Of a stretch of DNA of 64,000 nucleotides, positions 41,701 to 55,504 are shown piece after piece (position 1 is the stretch's first letter; the number at the start of each line of letters is the position of its first letter). The stretch is from positions 10,418,001-10,482,000 of the forward strand of contig NC_087245.1 of the NCBI RefSeq assembly GCF_037042905.1, given 5' to 3'. Under the pieces are notes generated by a model, which worked only from the letters and a program-made list of their open reading frames with translations, had not been told where the DNA came from and did no database searches. The position numbers and the translations under genes are program-made. The DNA is from Lytechinus pictus (taxonomy: Eukaryota).

Positions 41701-44700
41701 ATATGTGCATGTACGTCAACTTCAAGAATTGTACAAGTTTATGACAATCTTTAACAACTTGTGAAAGAAAAGAAGTTGTGTTTTGAACTAATAAGATTTC
41801 CATAATGTACACCTGTGCATGGAGTTGCAAACTGAGTGTAGCCATAGTGACTAATAAAACAAAATAAAATTATTGGTTGATAAATATATAATTTGAGTTA
41901 CTTTACTTAAACTTCACCAAGAAAACAGTATGGAATATCAGCTGATCTTTCACACAAGACTTTTCTCAATCAGTTCTATGCCAATATTCCCAACTAATTA
42001 TCCTGATTGAGTATGCCTGTTCAACTCCATTCCTTCAATGTGCCATCTGCACGTTTAACAAACTGGTATTCCAATTAAGCATCATTGATTTTAAATCAAT
42101 CTGCTAATTGGAAGAACACACATTCCATAAGGCAGAGGGATATCTCTTTTGTTCTTTAAAGAGGATACTTCCTCCCACCGGTAGCTCAATAATGCTAATT
42201 TAAACCCAGTGAATACATCCTGATTTTGCATGTTATGCAGCCCCTCTACTGAGAATATAACAATTAGTTGTCTACTCCTACTGGGTGATCCATGAGCAAT
42301 GTCTATAGGCGGTGCTGCACCATCCCGAGTTTGCTCAATCTCGAGATATTAGCCCGATCGGCCCTCTTCGCGATTAATTTCGAGATTCAAGAAACCCCGT
42401 CTCCACCATCGCAAGAAGAGCGATTCCTGCTCGAGCGAGGCATCGATGCATTATGGTCTGACGCCGTGAATAAATAAGCCCGAGTGCGTCTGCACCTGCG
42501 AATTAGCGCGATAATTCGTAAAATAGCGCGCTATTTTGCAAATAATCCCAAGTTGACTTGGGATTGCAATCTCAAGATTAATCCTATGAACTAGCGCGAT
42601 AATTGCATCTCCATTACAAATAATCTCGAGATTGTTCAGATCGGGATAATTTGCCGGATCAGAAATAGCGCGCTAATTTGAAAACTCGGGATGGTGCAGA
42701 CGGCCCTTATGGGACCCACAGAATAACTTGTCAGTAAGTATACCTCTCACTGCTTTTAAAGGAAACCACGCAAAAGGTATCATCAAACAAGAAACAATAG
42801 TCTAGTACCTGACAAAATATCACTGCAACAAACTTAAGAGAAAATTTAAACCAAAGATCATTATCTCACTTTTTCTTCATGCAGCAAGCATTCAATACTA
42901 AGAACATATTATGATGTGAAGGGCCTGCTAGATAGAAGACCAGTAAATAACGCTGAAGTGGAAATTTTTATTATTACTATGAAAAAATGCATGCATCCTC
43001 ACTTTATCAGCAGGGTTAATATGAATCAAACACCCCCCCCCTTCATCCCAGAATGATGATTGGAGTATTACCTACCACATACTCAAAGACAAATGATAGC
43101 GTCGTCTTTGTGTGAATGATATCATGAAGACAAACTATATTAGCGTGTTTAAGATCCTTGAGGAGCGATGCTTCACGTATAGCAGTGAATGGTGTTCCCT
43201 CATCCTGCTGTAGTCTGATCTCTTTCAATGCAACCACTTGCTGATTTACACTGAAATATGAATCAAAATAAGAAGTTATGATACAAACTAATTATTCGCT
43301 GTATTTTATCATATGATGTAAATTCCATTCAATTCAGCTTTGGGCTGCCATGTGGTATTTTTAAGAAATACCCTTTAAAATCAAATAAAAAAATCAAAGT
43401 TATAACAAGTTCCTGAAGAAGAAATATTTTAAGTCTAGGAAGATATCGTAAATTCCACGATTCACTCACTGGTAATCAAGTTCATCTTTATTCATGTTTA
43501 AATTTTGGAAGGACTCACATTCACTTAAGCAGAGGCTTAACCCTTTCAAATAATATATTACAGATATTTTGGCCTTTTGTGACACATTTTGAGAAAATAG
43601 TAACACTACGAACATTACGTACATAAATATGAGGTCATTTGTTCATGTATGTAAGTTAAGTCATAAATATGAAGTATCTTTCCCACAAATAAATATTGCC
43701 ATTCCCCTGAAATCCTCTACAGACTTGAATCAATTTGCCTGTGTTACCTGCTAACAGCTTTGTAAACTTTGGCATATGAGCCTTCTCCCAGCGGACAGAT
43801 CTTCTTGTATGTCTCCGCTTTGCCAAAGGGTGAGCAAGACTGCACAAACAAAAAAGGAAAATAATATGATTAGAATTCAGATACAATATCTTACCAAATT
43901 ATTCATGGCAAATCTTTCAAGTGATATAAGATCACACATTTGAAATGAAATATAATTTACATGTATCGAGGATTACAAAAATATATATATTCAGAGGTAC
44001 AGAAAAATTTAATTTATAAATTTGTATTACTTTACAATAATTCATTCTGAACTACTATCAACAATTTTCCTCTTCAGATGCAATATCATTGACATTAATG
44101 CCTTTAAATGACTACATAATAGAATCTCAATTATACTAATTGAAAAATAACTATTATCACATGATTACAGATAAGCCATTAATATGGCAAGCAACTTTTT
44201 TTCTTCAAAATAGGGACCTTCGCACTATTTAATTGCTCAAGTACTTTTGTTTCGATCCTGAAGTATATCCTGATTGATAATCTTCAAATGAATCTCTGAA
44301 GTGGGTTTTACTCTTTGGCTTTCTTTGGGTAGTTTCAAATAAAAAAAAATGACCAAGGTATAGGCATTATGCTATTATAAATGAAGTAGCTTTCACAATC
44401 ATGTGATTAAAAGAAAAAGTAATGAATTGGGGGTAGAAATGTTGCATTACATTGATAGGAAGTAGCCTGTTATGAAATCTTAGCATCATTTGAATCCCAT
44501 AATTTGACCCATCGGTCCCTATGCACTAGGCTCAATGGAAATGACTTATAATGGAATCAAATTGTATTAAATAGGTTAAACAATCTTGAATCATTCGCAA
44601 GAACAGGGAGGTCTTGAACAAAAAGAAAACACACATTCAAACCGAAAATACATATTATATAGTACATACTTTCATACATCTCATCAGAGAGAAATAATGA

Positions 44701-47700
44701 AACATGCTGTATCACAACATGTGAGCACCCTTGACAAACTCATATTGCAATAATTAGTCCATGACATCACAAATAATACTTTCCCTTTCATTTCCTTTGT
44801 AATCCATGCAATCAATCTTCAGCTCATGGCCGTTATTTTCATCTAAAGTTGCTTCTTATATGCTATAAAAACTAGCTACTTTCATATCACAGCACAATTA
44901 ATTGCCTGAAAAGAATAGTGGTTTTATTTTCCCTTTTATTCTGCACCCTTTAGGGAACTTTTAACAATTTTTACTCATCATCCCCACCAGACACTTTTAA
45001 CAAAAAATCTTTATGCAATAAAGTTGGATATATAAGTAAATGTCCCCTCTTTCTCGCATTTATGGAGTTAATGCCATGTATTTGCTCCTTATTAAGAAAT
45101 AATAATTTGTATATCATTGATAGATGGCAATAATTTCAAGTGCTTACTTTACAGAAAGCAATTTTGCTTTTTCAAAATCTTAAACCTCAATATTTTTTTA
45201 ATGCCTCTGAAGAGCAACATGAGCATTTTCTGAATGTTGTTTTAAATAGTGAGATACTGTAAGTTTCAAGAGAGAAAAATAAATACCTATCTCATATGCT
45301 AAAATCTCAAATACCCTTTTTACACACGCTAAAATTTCCTTAACCCCGTACTATAGGTGGGGCTAAATTGCCATTTAGCCCCACCTATAGTACGGGGTTA
45401 AGCTTAGCCCACTTTCTTTTTACACAGCATTTTTGCAAAGTGGGCTAACCCCACCTTTAGTACGGGATTATTTGGCCCTGCAAAAAAGCAGGGTTATCCC
45501 AGCAATTGCGGTGCTAAGAGCGATAGTACGGGGTTAAGATCGCTAGTGTAAAACGAAAGTGGGCTAAGCTTAACCCCGTACTATAGGTGGGGCTAAATGG
45601 CAATTTGGCCCCACCTATAGTACGGGTTAAGGAAATTGTAGCGTGTGTAAAATGGTACGAGTGAAGTACTTGTACTACAAATGATCGACAAAAACCACTA
45701 GTCCGGGGTTAGCGAGTTTCGTGTGTGAAAAGCAAGCATTCCTTATCCGGGGTTAGCAATAACAATTTGGCATGTGTAAAAAGGAAAAAAAATAGTACGG
45801 GGTTAAGGATAGTACGGGGTTAGCGATAGTCCGGGGTTAAGAAAACCCTGTGTAAAAAGGGTATTAGATATGCTTCTGGCATACTAAAGGAAACACAGTT
45901 AAGTATACTAGTATTCCCTTTGTATTTTGAAATGGTTTAGTGAAGAAACATAAAACCATTCTTGACATTTCTAGAGGAAATTCAAACGTTAGGACGTCCA
46001 GACAGAAAACCTTCAGAGTTATCAAATCAATCTCAAGACAATTTCCATTTCCACGTTTCATTCCTATTATTGAAATGCTAAGGCCAACTAGTGATGCTGT
46101 GCACTACAGGTATAGTTGCTCAATATGAAGTTCAAAGCTTGCACTTTCAGGTGAACCTGCATTTTTTTCTCAATTCAAATTAATCTATCCTTGTAATGCA
46201 GAAGTAGAATGTTTAATAATTTGAAAATAACCACAATGATTTTTAACTACCAATATCTGAAAATCAACAGACCAACTCCTACATTAAATAATATTTTCTT
46301 TATATTTAGATCAGCCGGCCAAAATTTGTAAAGATTTAATTAAAATACATTACAAGAACAAACTGATCGATTTACCAGGAACTGTCACTTCCCTGGATTA
46401 ACTGTGTCCATTTCTAAACCATGACTCGATAACTATTAAATCTAGTTACAAATCAAATATCATGGGAACAATTTGATTATTGATAGGAAATTAGGAATAA
46501 GAGGAGGGAAATCATTCCACAGAGAATCTTGTAATCAGAACGCAGCATGTGTTAATTATGAGAGAACAGAACCAAAATTGATATTTCTAATTTGTGCCCG
46601 AGGGGACCAGGCCTTGCATTTATTGATGTAAAAGAAACCTGCTGCTACCAACTATCCGGTTCTTAATCTCAATCATTGATTTCAAAATATGACTTCAAAG
46701 GGATGTTTGATTAGGAGAGGGCATAGGAGGAAATAACTACTTGTTCACAAGGTATGGGGGGGGGGGGAGGAAATATTGTATTGTTCTTTGAGATTAGAAC
46801 ACAAGACAGGACGAAAATAAACAAAATCAATATCCAAAATTTGACTCAGTTACTCTTTTTTTTCCAGAAATAGTAGTGAGCCAGAACTTTTAATCCAGTG
46901 GTTTTCTGATAGGTTTTTTTGCTTGCCCTTGGCTATGAAAGCAAAGATCTACATCAAACCTCCCCTATAATGACTCATGTGTTTTTATAATTGTTCTTTT
47001 GTAATAATCACCCCCAAAGAATAAATTATTTTGACAAATCAAGTAACACGTGATGTGTTTCTATGATAAATGTGATCAGCAAATCATATATCTGCGTTTG
47101 AGCAGCTAACAACATTATCTCCAATATAACATGGTTTAGATCTGTGAATTCAAAACAGGGAAATAAAAATGAAACAAACAAATGAACCGGCCAAATAGAA
47201 ATGTTGTTAGTACTTAACAATGAGCTAACAGATGCTTTGCTACTACCAGTAATATCACAACTCTGCATAATGTCACTCTTAACAACACGTTTTTACATCT
47301 TGGATCAACATAAGACATCACAATCCGAAAAATGTTAGTGCTCGTTTAGGCTAAAGTTTCTGTGCGGCCGGTCTGGATCAACTGACTACACAAGAAATCC
47401 CAGGAATTAGCCTATGAAAGGTATTTTTTGTAGATTAACAACAGTGGAAATGAAATAATAATCAATGTTCCTATATTTTTTTCTTTCAAGGACGATTTGT
47501 AAAAATCATACATGTGAAGAATGCAAGCATATATACAATTACCACTTAATAGTATTATGCATTTGGTTCATTTTCATCTGATACATAAAACAGACTTTCT
47601 TGACAAGTCTAACCTGTTGAATTCCAATGAATCAACATTGGACGGAAGAGAAAAGCAGGTTTCAACAGTTTGATGAAACAACGAACAACTCATTATCCCT

Positions 47701-50700
47701 TCTTGAAGAGAGAAGACCCCTCATTCTGTGCCAAGAAAATCAACTTCTACTAGGGAGTGTTAACCCCAGGTCTTAATCTGTGCCATGATATGACATAGTA
47801 AATTACAATCAAATTGTATTCAGTGACTTTGGTATGGATGCGATGCCATAAAAACAATACAAATTACGTATAAAGCAAATAATTTTGCTAGCTACAATGA
47901 ATTCATCACTACAGCTGGTCATCCTTCTGTCACTTTCAACAATCATATCAGAAAGATTTCTGGTTGAGTCATAACTCCAAGATAACTAATCATTTTTGGA
48001 GCCAGAAAGGCTTAAACAAGTTGTACTTCATCACAGCTAAAGGTACTATCCTTCTTGCATATAATTAGACTTATTGTTAATAGCATTGACCTTTTGTCTC
48101 AGAATGAACAATTTTCATATGGGAATAAGCTGATCGCTCAACAATGGGGCTGATTTCATATTGGTCTCTCTCTACAAAAAAAGTATCGAATTTGAACTTT
48201 TAGAAATTTGAAATTTGAACCGTTTTGGTGGAACATGATTCTCAGGTGCTGAAGGGTCTCTTTCACTACATGAATAAGACAGATGTTAAATATAGCTGCT
48301 GAATTAGGACAGAATCTGAAAGGTTTGAACTCCATGGGGATTTTGGATGTTCAGAGGGCTGCAAGGAGATTGGATAAAGATTGCAAAGATGATAGGATTT
48401 TATACAAAAGAAGATGACTCGTAACCGGATCAAAATGAACTTAAGTTAAATAGATAGAAAGATGATGACTATAGTCTTAGTAACAATCACAATATGAGAA
48501 AAGAAACAGGAATTGAAACATTGGCAGAGTTTATAATGTCCTATTACATATGAAAATAAGGAAAAATCTACAGTTCTGTGTATCATATTTCACATAGGGA
48601 ATAAGGAAAAGAAATAAAAAGGAGTTGTTTATCAAATTATGAACTACAGATGCTAATGATATGAAGCGAGTTAAACGCGACCAAAAATTAGCTTAAACAT
48701 AAGAAGATCCTGTATTAAAAATCTCATGAGTTACCTTTGCCTTCAAATGCATTCAATACAAGAGCACAAAGGAATTAATAAAACAAAAATGATATCCTGG
48801 ATGGGAGTTCATTAGCCAGAGATCATATGAAATTCAAAGAATTCATATTGGTAAAATTACAATATAATGATAAGTAAATTCACCCACATCAACAGGAAAG
48901 AAACAAACATTTGACAAGAATTGCATGTTTTCCGGGTTCTTAAATCACAAGCAGCGTTTCCTTCCAAAAAGTCTTGAACTTTAACAACATGGTTATCTGT
49001 CGTATTGGTAAAAAGGACTATTGTATTAAAGTTATATGTGTGCGTATTCAGAATATAAATAAAAATAGTTCATATAAAATAATAAAAAGGAATATGAAAA
49101 AGATTTTTTTTTTATTAAAAAGAAAAAATAGTGTACTTTAATGTGATCATGCCTTGTTTACACTCTTTCATATATAATACTCTCCTCTTAATTAATAGAA
49201 CATTATCATATTGTTTATATAATTATCTTACTTAATGAGAATGATCTCACATGAACCAATCAAATGTCATCTTCATAAATGTTATTGAACACTAAATAAT
49301 TTCAGTTGGATTCATCAATGTAATACCATGGAGCTCAGTAGCTCCATGGTAATATCAATGTAGAATGATGAGATCCAAGGGTCTTAGTTATAAAATTTAT
49401 GTTATAAGGAAATGATGACCTCCAGTCTCATGTTGACAAGGCAGTATGAATCTCAAACTCTGACATTTACTTGTCATGTAACAATCATCCATCATCATAC
49501 CATGTCTTATTCATTGAAACTTCAGAATCTTTGCCAAGGAATGTTAAGCCTTGCTGATCAATTGATCATCTCTGTTAGTACATATTTGTCTTTATCATTT
49601 CATTGCCATTAACATTCAATTTCCTCCTGAAAACTTTTCACTCATAATTCTGACATTTTATCACTGATGATTAAGATCTGTAATAAATGAAAATTCAAAC
49701 TGATGCACTATCATGATGCTAAGAAGATGAAAGGGTTAAAAGACGCAGCCACTATACTTTCAAAGGAAAAATAATAACATTTGTTAATAATGTTTTAATT
49801 CAAGATATATATTGGTTCACATGAATTCAAGTTGAAATAAAATACTTGGAATGAAAATGGAGGAAGATGAAAAAAAGTAAGACTGATTATGTTATTGAAG
49901 ATTATAGAGAAATAGAAAGCATCATGTAAATGCCAAGGTAAAAATATCTATCAAGAATGAAAATAAAAGTCAAGGTTTAGGCTCATATTGAGCTTTCCTG
50001 GGTTTGTCATAATGTCTTTCTGATATAACATAGAGAACAATCCTTGACATTTATGAATAATGAGCATTTAATATTATCGAACAATGTTTTTGACGAAATT
50101 TCCAAGTGATATGTTAGGATCACAATAAATCATAATATTCCTTGACAAACATCCAATTATTACTTTGTAGAGCTGTGAATTAAATCTTAAGTGGAAGTCA
50201 AACTTAATTAGCAATTACCTCCTTAATAAGTTTCAACAAAAATCATTCCCAGAAGTGCTGTTACTCCATCTCAAGCGGATGGCATCATCTATGTCTATTG
50301 GGAGTATTTGACATGAGTTTTCCTGTTTTTCAAAACAGTCAATCATAACTTAAAGCATCAAGCACACCTTGAGAGAACAATGTTAATACCTCCTTCACCA
50401 TGTTAATAAAATGTTTTACTTTTAAATTTCAAGATAATTTGAATTATGCATTTTGAACTCTAAGTCAATGGGCACACAATCATTTCATCATTCATCACTA
50501 TCTCCATCAGTGGACAAGGAAACAAGATACTAAATGGATTCCTTGATTACATTGTAATCTACTAAACAAATACATGTTGCTATGGATCCCATAGAGATGG
50601 GGGATGCTGTCCATTAAGGGGAATGGGATGTGGAGAAACAGGGGAGGGTATAATTAACTATTTATAGATCATGAGAAAGATGTAATGAAAGGATTGATCA

Positions 50701-51564
50701 TTGAAAGAAATACCAATAGAAGAGAATGCTGAAATCAATTATTTCAAGTAGATGAAGATAGAAATTAAAGATGAAGACATGGTGATATGCTTACATGTTC
50801 ATGAAGCATGTATTTATATGATATGGAAAGCCAATAAGTGGCACTATGAAACTTCAACATGTGAATAGTATAAACCAGTCAGTCATTTGATTTATTTTTA
50901 TAACCTAAGGAATTATTTTCAAATCTCAAAGGATTTAATTAAAAGAATTTAGTATTCAATTCAATATTGTTCAGCTGGTAAATCTTCACTGGATCTATTT
51001 AAGATAGAAATTTATTTTGTAATGTAAAACAAAATTATGAATGCAGGTTCTTACGACCCCAAAAAACTTATTGTACACTCTAAATTTCAAGGGGTTGAAA
51101 TAAAGACAGATTAGAGACCACTTAAAAGATTTGAATGAAATCTTTTGAGATACAAAATTAATACTCAAGATTTAAAAATCCAATATTTTGCTGGACCCTA
51201 TTCACAGCTAATCTGAATTTATTTAAATCCTTAAAACTTACAAATCACACCACCAATGAGGAGAATTTATCAATATACCATGCAAGGAAGATGAAGAGGG
51301 TAGATCTATACACACTATTAGCAGATAATCTGCATCTTAAACACATAAGCAACAAGATTACAATGACTTAAAAACTTAAAAAATCAGGTATGAATGAAAT
51401 AGGTAGAGCTACAGATTGATATGACATACCTTACAGTAGGGCAATTTGCCAAGATGTTTGTGATTACACGTAGGTCCATCTATCTGGACTGGAAGAGGTT
51501 TAATAAACCTGCCTCGTCTGGTAGACTTGGGCATCGTCAAGATTGTCGGGATAAGGATTGGCAT
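32350..51564 (-). CDS. CDK14: PFTAIRE-family cyclin-dependent kinase (CDK14/CDK15/Eip63E-like), spliced gene; join(51564-51430,43839-43748,43250-43076,40610-40424,39835-39715,34769-34676,33995-33877,33500-33452,33012-32922,32414-32350), about 375 aa
   Basis: Manual splicing gives a continuous frame with all kinase motifs: [54 protein letters not shown]. All introns are GT-AG with compatible phases. The first exon is less certain than the kinase exons. Confidence 0.93.
32510..32860. repeat. (CAT/CAC)n compound trinucleotide repeat in the last CDK14 intron
   Basis: Directly visible. Confidence 0.92.
32922..33012 (-). CDS. CDK14: CDK14 exon: [30 protein letters not shown]
   Basis: Kinase subdomain XI (P..RI....YF); ttgcag acceptor, GTAAGA donor, 91 nt. 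Confidence 0.93.
33452..33500 (-). CDS. CDK14: CDK14 49-nt exon: [17 protein letters not shown]
   Basis: Polypyrimidine tract plus ttacag acceptor, GTGGGT donor; needed to restore the frame (phase 2 to 0). Confidence 0.88.
33877..33995 (-). CDS. CDK14: CDK14 exon: [39 protein letters not shown]
   Basis: CDK-typical LGTP..TW motif; aatcag acceptor, GTAAGT donor, 119 nt. Confidence 0.93.
34676..34769 (-). CDS. CDK14: CDK14 exon: [32 protein letters not shown]
   Basis: tttccag acceptor, GTAAAT donor, 94 nt. Confidence 0.95.
39715..39835 (-). CDS. CDK14: CDK14 exon: [40 protein letters not shown] (activation segment)
   Basis: ttgtag acceptor, GTAAGA donor, 121 nt. Confidence 0.96.
40424..40610 (-). 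CDS. CDK14: CDK14 exon: [17 protein letters not shown]...[22 protein letters not shown]
   Basis: Catalytic loop and DFG; ctctag acceptor, GTAAGC donor, 187 nt. Confidence 0.96.
42307..42707. mobile_element. PIF/Harbinger-like MITE in a CDK14 intron
   Basis: TIR ctgcaccatcccgagttt / aaactcgggatggtgcag; CpG-rich island in a CpG-poor intron. Confidence 0.82.
43076..43250 (-). CDS. CDK14: CDK14 exon: [58 protein letters not shown]
   Basis: PFTAIRE helix; ttcag acceptor, GTAGGT donor, 175 nt. Confidence 0.96.
43748..43839 (-). CDS. CDK14: CDK14 exon: [30 protein letters not shown] (Gly-rich loop)
   Basis: tgcag acceptor, GTAAC donor, 92 nt, phase 0 to 2. Confidence 0.93.
45311..45864. mobile_element. 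MITE with internal ttaaccccgtactat repeats and palindromes (Harbinger-like)
   Basis: TIR ataccctttttacac / gtgtaaaaagggtat. Confidence 0.82.
51430..51564 (-). CDS. CDK14: Probable first coding exon of a CDK14 isoform ([45 protein letters not shown])
   Basis: ACCATG start with an in-frame TGA 7 codons upstream and 45 open codons. It ends at a strong phase-0 donor AAG|GTATGT, matching the phase-0 acceptor at 43839. A second ATG lies at 51534. Confidence 0.6.
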
Positions 51565-52104
51565 GGTGATTATAGAAAAGCCTCAAAACTCCAAGAAAAT
51601 TGATAAAAGTAACAGATCCTCAATCAAGAAATCTTTTCCTTTTGATTGGCAGTCTACACCTAAATCACAAAGAGCTGACCATTGAGTTGCTAAGAGCAGA
51701 AAAGTTGTATGTTCCACCAGTCAGGGATGTGTAGCAGACTGATAAGGTCTGCAGGAGAGTTGATGACTATATACTCAAACAAGATCAACCGCCAAAACGA
51801 GCGTGCTGTACAAACGACTTCCTCTTGGGCTGTCCTGGTGCAAGAGTTGTGATTGGTTAATGTTGGCGTGTCTAAATCATGTTTGGTTTCAAAACTGGTT
51901 CCTGTAGTCTTTACCTACGAAACACCAGGTGATCGGAGACTTCCTATCTCTTTCACAAAAAGAAGGTTACTACAGAACATTAAGTCTGTGGCAGGAGACA
52001 AGACTATTTATCTCTTATATGTGCAATATCATTTTTAAAACTATACAGAAGAGTCTGTCAAATTTTCACCCATATATTGCACAATTGTCCATAATCAATA
52101 TCTA

Positions 52105-52345
52105 TCAATCCAATTGGTAAGATCATGTTTACAGCCAACCTATCAAAATATCTGTCTTCTCATACATATTCACAGGGAGAAGGCTTGTTGGACCAATGAG
52201 GTTTCTCAATCCCTGAGAAAAGTTCTATGACATCACAGCATTATCCAATCAAATCACTCCACATGAATAATGCATGCTTCCTTCATTCATTGTGACATGC
52301 ACTGCATCAGTCTACATGAATAGTCACCTGATGAATATTCATGAT
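52105..52345 (-). promoter_or_regulatory. Candidate promoter for the 51564 first exon (CCAAT boxes, TGACATCA CRE-like site, octamer-like ATGAATA motifs)
   Basis: CCAAT at about 52110, 52193 and 52245, TGACATCA at 52228, ATGAATATTCAT at 52332; lies 0.55-0.8 kb upstream of the ATG. Confidence 0.4.
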
Positions 52346-55300
52346 CTTCTCACAGGAAATCCAGTGGTAGGAGAGGAAGGAACATGGTACTGACCTCCCC
52401 AAAACGACAGTTACACGTTGGAGTAGTCCACATTTAAACCAAAACAATTTTCAAACTATTACAGGACGGCAGATCTATAAAAAGCTCTTACAAAAACAAT
52501 CGGTATTTAGCAATACATGCCGAGTCTAGATCAAACAGGTGACAGAACCTTGACGTATAGGAGATGTTGCACAATGTATGGTCAATTTATCATTTTCCAT
52601 TTTGAAAAGTAAAAACACCATTCAGGAAACAATTTATTATTGTATCAGCTGTTGTCATGGTAAAGGGTAGATCAACAATAACTAAACTGACACATTAATT
52701 GTAAGCCAGTGTCACATTAAATATATGCAAGAATAAGAGACGAAATTGGACTTGACACAGTTTTCAAAGTGCATAAAATATTGGCCCAACATCCACCTTT
52801 AACCTCTTCACATAATATCAGCTTTAGACATGTCAGTAATCTTCTGTAAGTGCTACATAATATGTTACATGTTATAGAGTATGTTATGATTGTTATCATA
52901 CTGGATCATTGAATAACAATTTTCATTTTTAATACACAACTGATGTTTGAAGAAAAAACTGTTTTTAAAAGTTATTCTAATAAATGTACCTGCATTTTGT
53001 TTTTTTATTTATTAATTTATTCATTCATTTTTCTGTAATAGGGTGGATAGCCTTAATGGTTCTTCCACAATCTATTTTAAATACATTCAAAGGTTAATGT
53101 ACATAATCTATTTATGACAATGTAAAATATTTTTTCATAATCATTAATAAACAAATAATCATCAATAATTGTTCCTTGAAAGGGAAAGAATGGTTAAAGT
53201 TTGTTTCCTGAGTATTAAAATTTTGCAAATATTAAGACAGTGCACATACCAGGGACCTGTTTTGCAACAATTTAAAAACAAAGCTACAGCTATTGATTGG
53301 TTGACAATGGGATAGAATGTTACACATTATTTTTTTGTGTGTTACAGGGTAGGTCATGACAGGTCATTATGCTTTTAGTGTTTCCTATTTCTGCAAGCAT
53401 AGTGTTGCAATGGAATGAAAGAGTATTGGAGAAGTTTGGGGGTGTTTAAATAGCCAATGATGTAATGTTTTGGTCTGCCAATGGGCCAATCACAGACAGA
53501 CTTCTAGAGTTGGCCAAATGCCAACAAAGTTTTAGACCACATGCTAGGAAAAGACTGGTCCAGACTTGTATTTTGTAATTATCACATGAAAAAAAATAAT
53601 TGCATCAAAACAAAATTTGATTTTCTAACCTCACCCAACTAGTAGAAAAATAAAAACACACAAAATATACATCAGATTATTTTGAATATCACAAAGATGT
53701 ATTAAAGTTTAAGGTTAACACTTAAAAATCAAACAGGAAAGAAAAAAAATAAATTCAACATTCATATTCAAATCAGAAAGAAGGACCCCAAATAGCCCAT
53801 ATAAAAATATGATTTTATGAAACAAACTGATTTTGATTTGTATGGATCGACTGAACACACAATCTGTAAAATCTAAATACATGTATCTTCATAAAATTTA
53901 ATGATTGATTTGAATATTTTCACATCCTGCTAAACTACTATGCTATATTATCCATTCATTATCAGTCAAATTTACTAACATTTTACATTAGATTCTGAAA
54001 TGTAACTCAAACAACTAAACACAGCCATGCATGCTCACATCTAAGTACTATCTTAATAGCATGCCCTACATGGCAACTTATATCTACCAATGTTTGGTTT
54101 TATACAAACAGATGGTCACATCAGAAAAACCCAAAACAAACATTTCTCCAGGCTCAATAATCATGATAATGATTGACATAAATTGTGTCATCAAAAGAAA
54201 TTTTAATTTGGGGACAACTTTTGGATGAAATTTTTTAAGTAATAATATTCTTACAGAAAATTTAATATTGGAGGATCATATCACATGCTGCAATTACTAA
54301 ATTTACAATTTTACCAAATAATAAAAGGTGTAAAGAATTTCTAAACAATCTTTCAAAACAGTGGGTGAATTCAGACCTGGTTAAAACCTTGTCCTGGGGA
54401 AGTACCTCATTGCTCTGATTGCACAAGATATTGGTTAATTTGGTAAGAACAAAAAGCGTATGGGGATATAAAAGGTAATCATAGTTTGACTGTGGTTTGG
54501 GTTTTAATCTTTGGGTTATGGGCTGAGTAAGAGAGGCAATCTAGCTCACCATAATGGGGAATGCCCAAATATCATGTTGAAATTATACACGTGGTTGACT
54601 ACATGTTGTCATCATGTGATTAGTGGGTGATGACAAGTTTCATTTTAACAAAATATGCTAGAGAAATACACTTTCTATGATTATGACGATGAAATTTCAT
54701 ACAGATATCTGTGAAGAAAGGTCGAGTAGGATGATAAATCATGGTAGGTGAGTGGAGTGGGGTGGGAAGGTGATTAAAGTAACACAGCCTTACCACCAAA
54801 GGACCAAACAAATTGAATTAAAACAGACAGATTCAAGCAAACATACCCTTAAAGGAGTTCTACAGACATACAGTTAAACCAACCACTCAAGGGGAACACC
54901 ACAGCAGTGTTTCACAACATGCTGATATGTTGTGTACGGTTAGCCAAAGTGTTAAACAACACAGAAATGTGGTTTTCCATAGTCCCATTTGAAGGTTGTA
55001 GTGTTTGAGCATCCCCCAGGAAATTACACCATTTCAATATTCAAGATGTTGGATATATATGTGCCAATAAATCAGTGAGCAAAATATGCAAATTCCCCCA
55101 TCACAAGACTATTAATGAAAGTTGCATCATATTGGAACTTATTTTTCAATTTTTGTTTTTTTGCTAAAAATATTCCTGATGCCTACCTTGTCACGGCTGA
55201 ACAGAGAGTTGCATAATCATACTGTTCACTCCCTGTGCATGCCCTAGCCATGTATGGGGCGGCTACTAGTTATATGCAGGGAGTTGCGAAGCCGTACATG

Positions 55301-55504
55301 CATCTCTCGGATGCGGTGCTCACCCTTGACAATTTTGGCAGGGCTTGGGAACTGAGATGTCTCGTAACAGGAGTATTGCGAGCGGGGCTGTGCAGCTTCT
55401 GAACTGAAATTTTGTCATTCGGAGTATCTAGAGAACTGAAAATTAGGTCTGAAAAAGGGGATCATCAATTGGCACGTCCTCGTACCACCAATATATGTGA
55501 GTAC

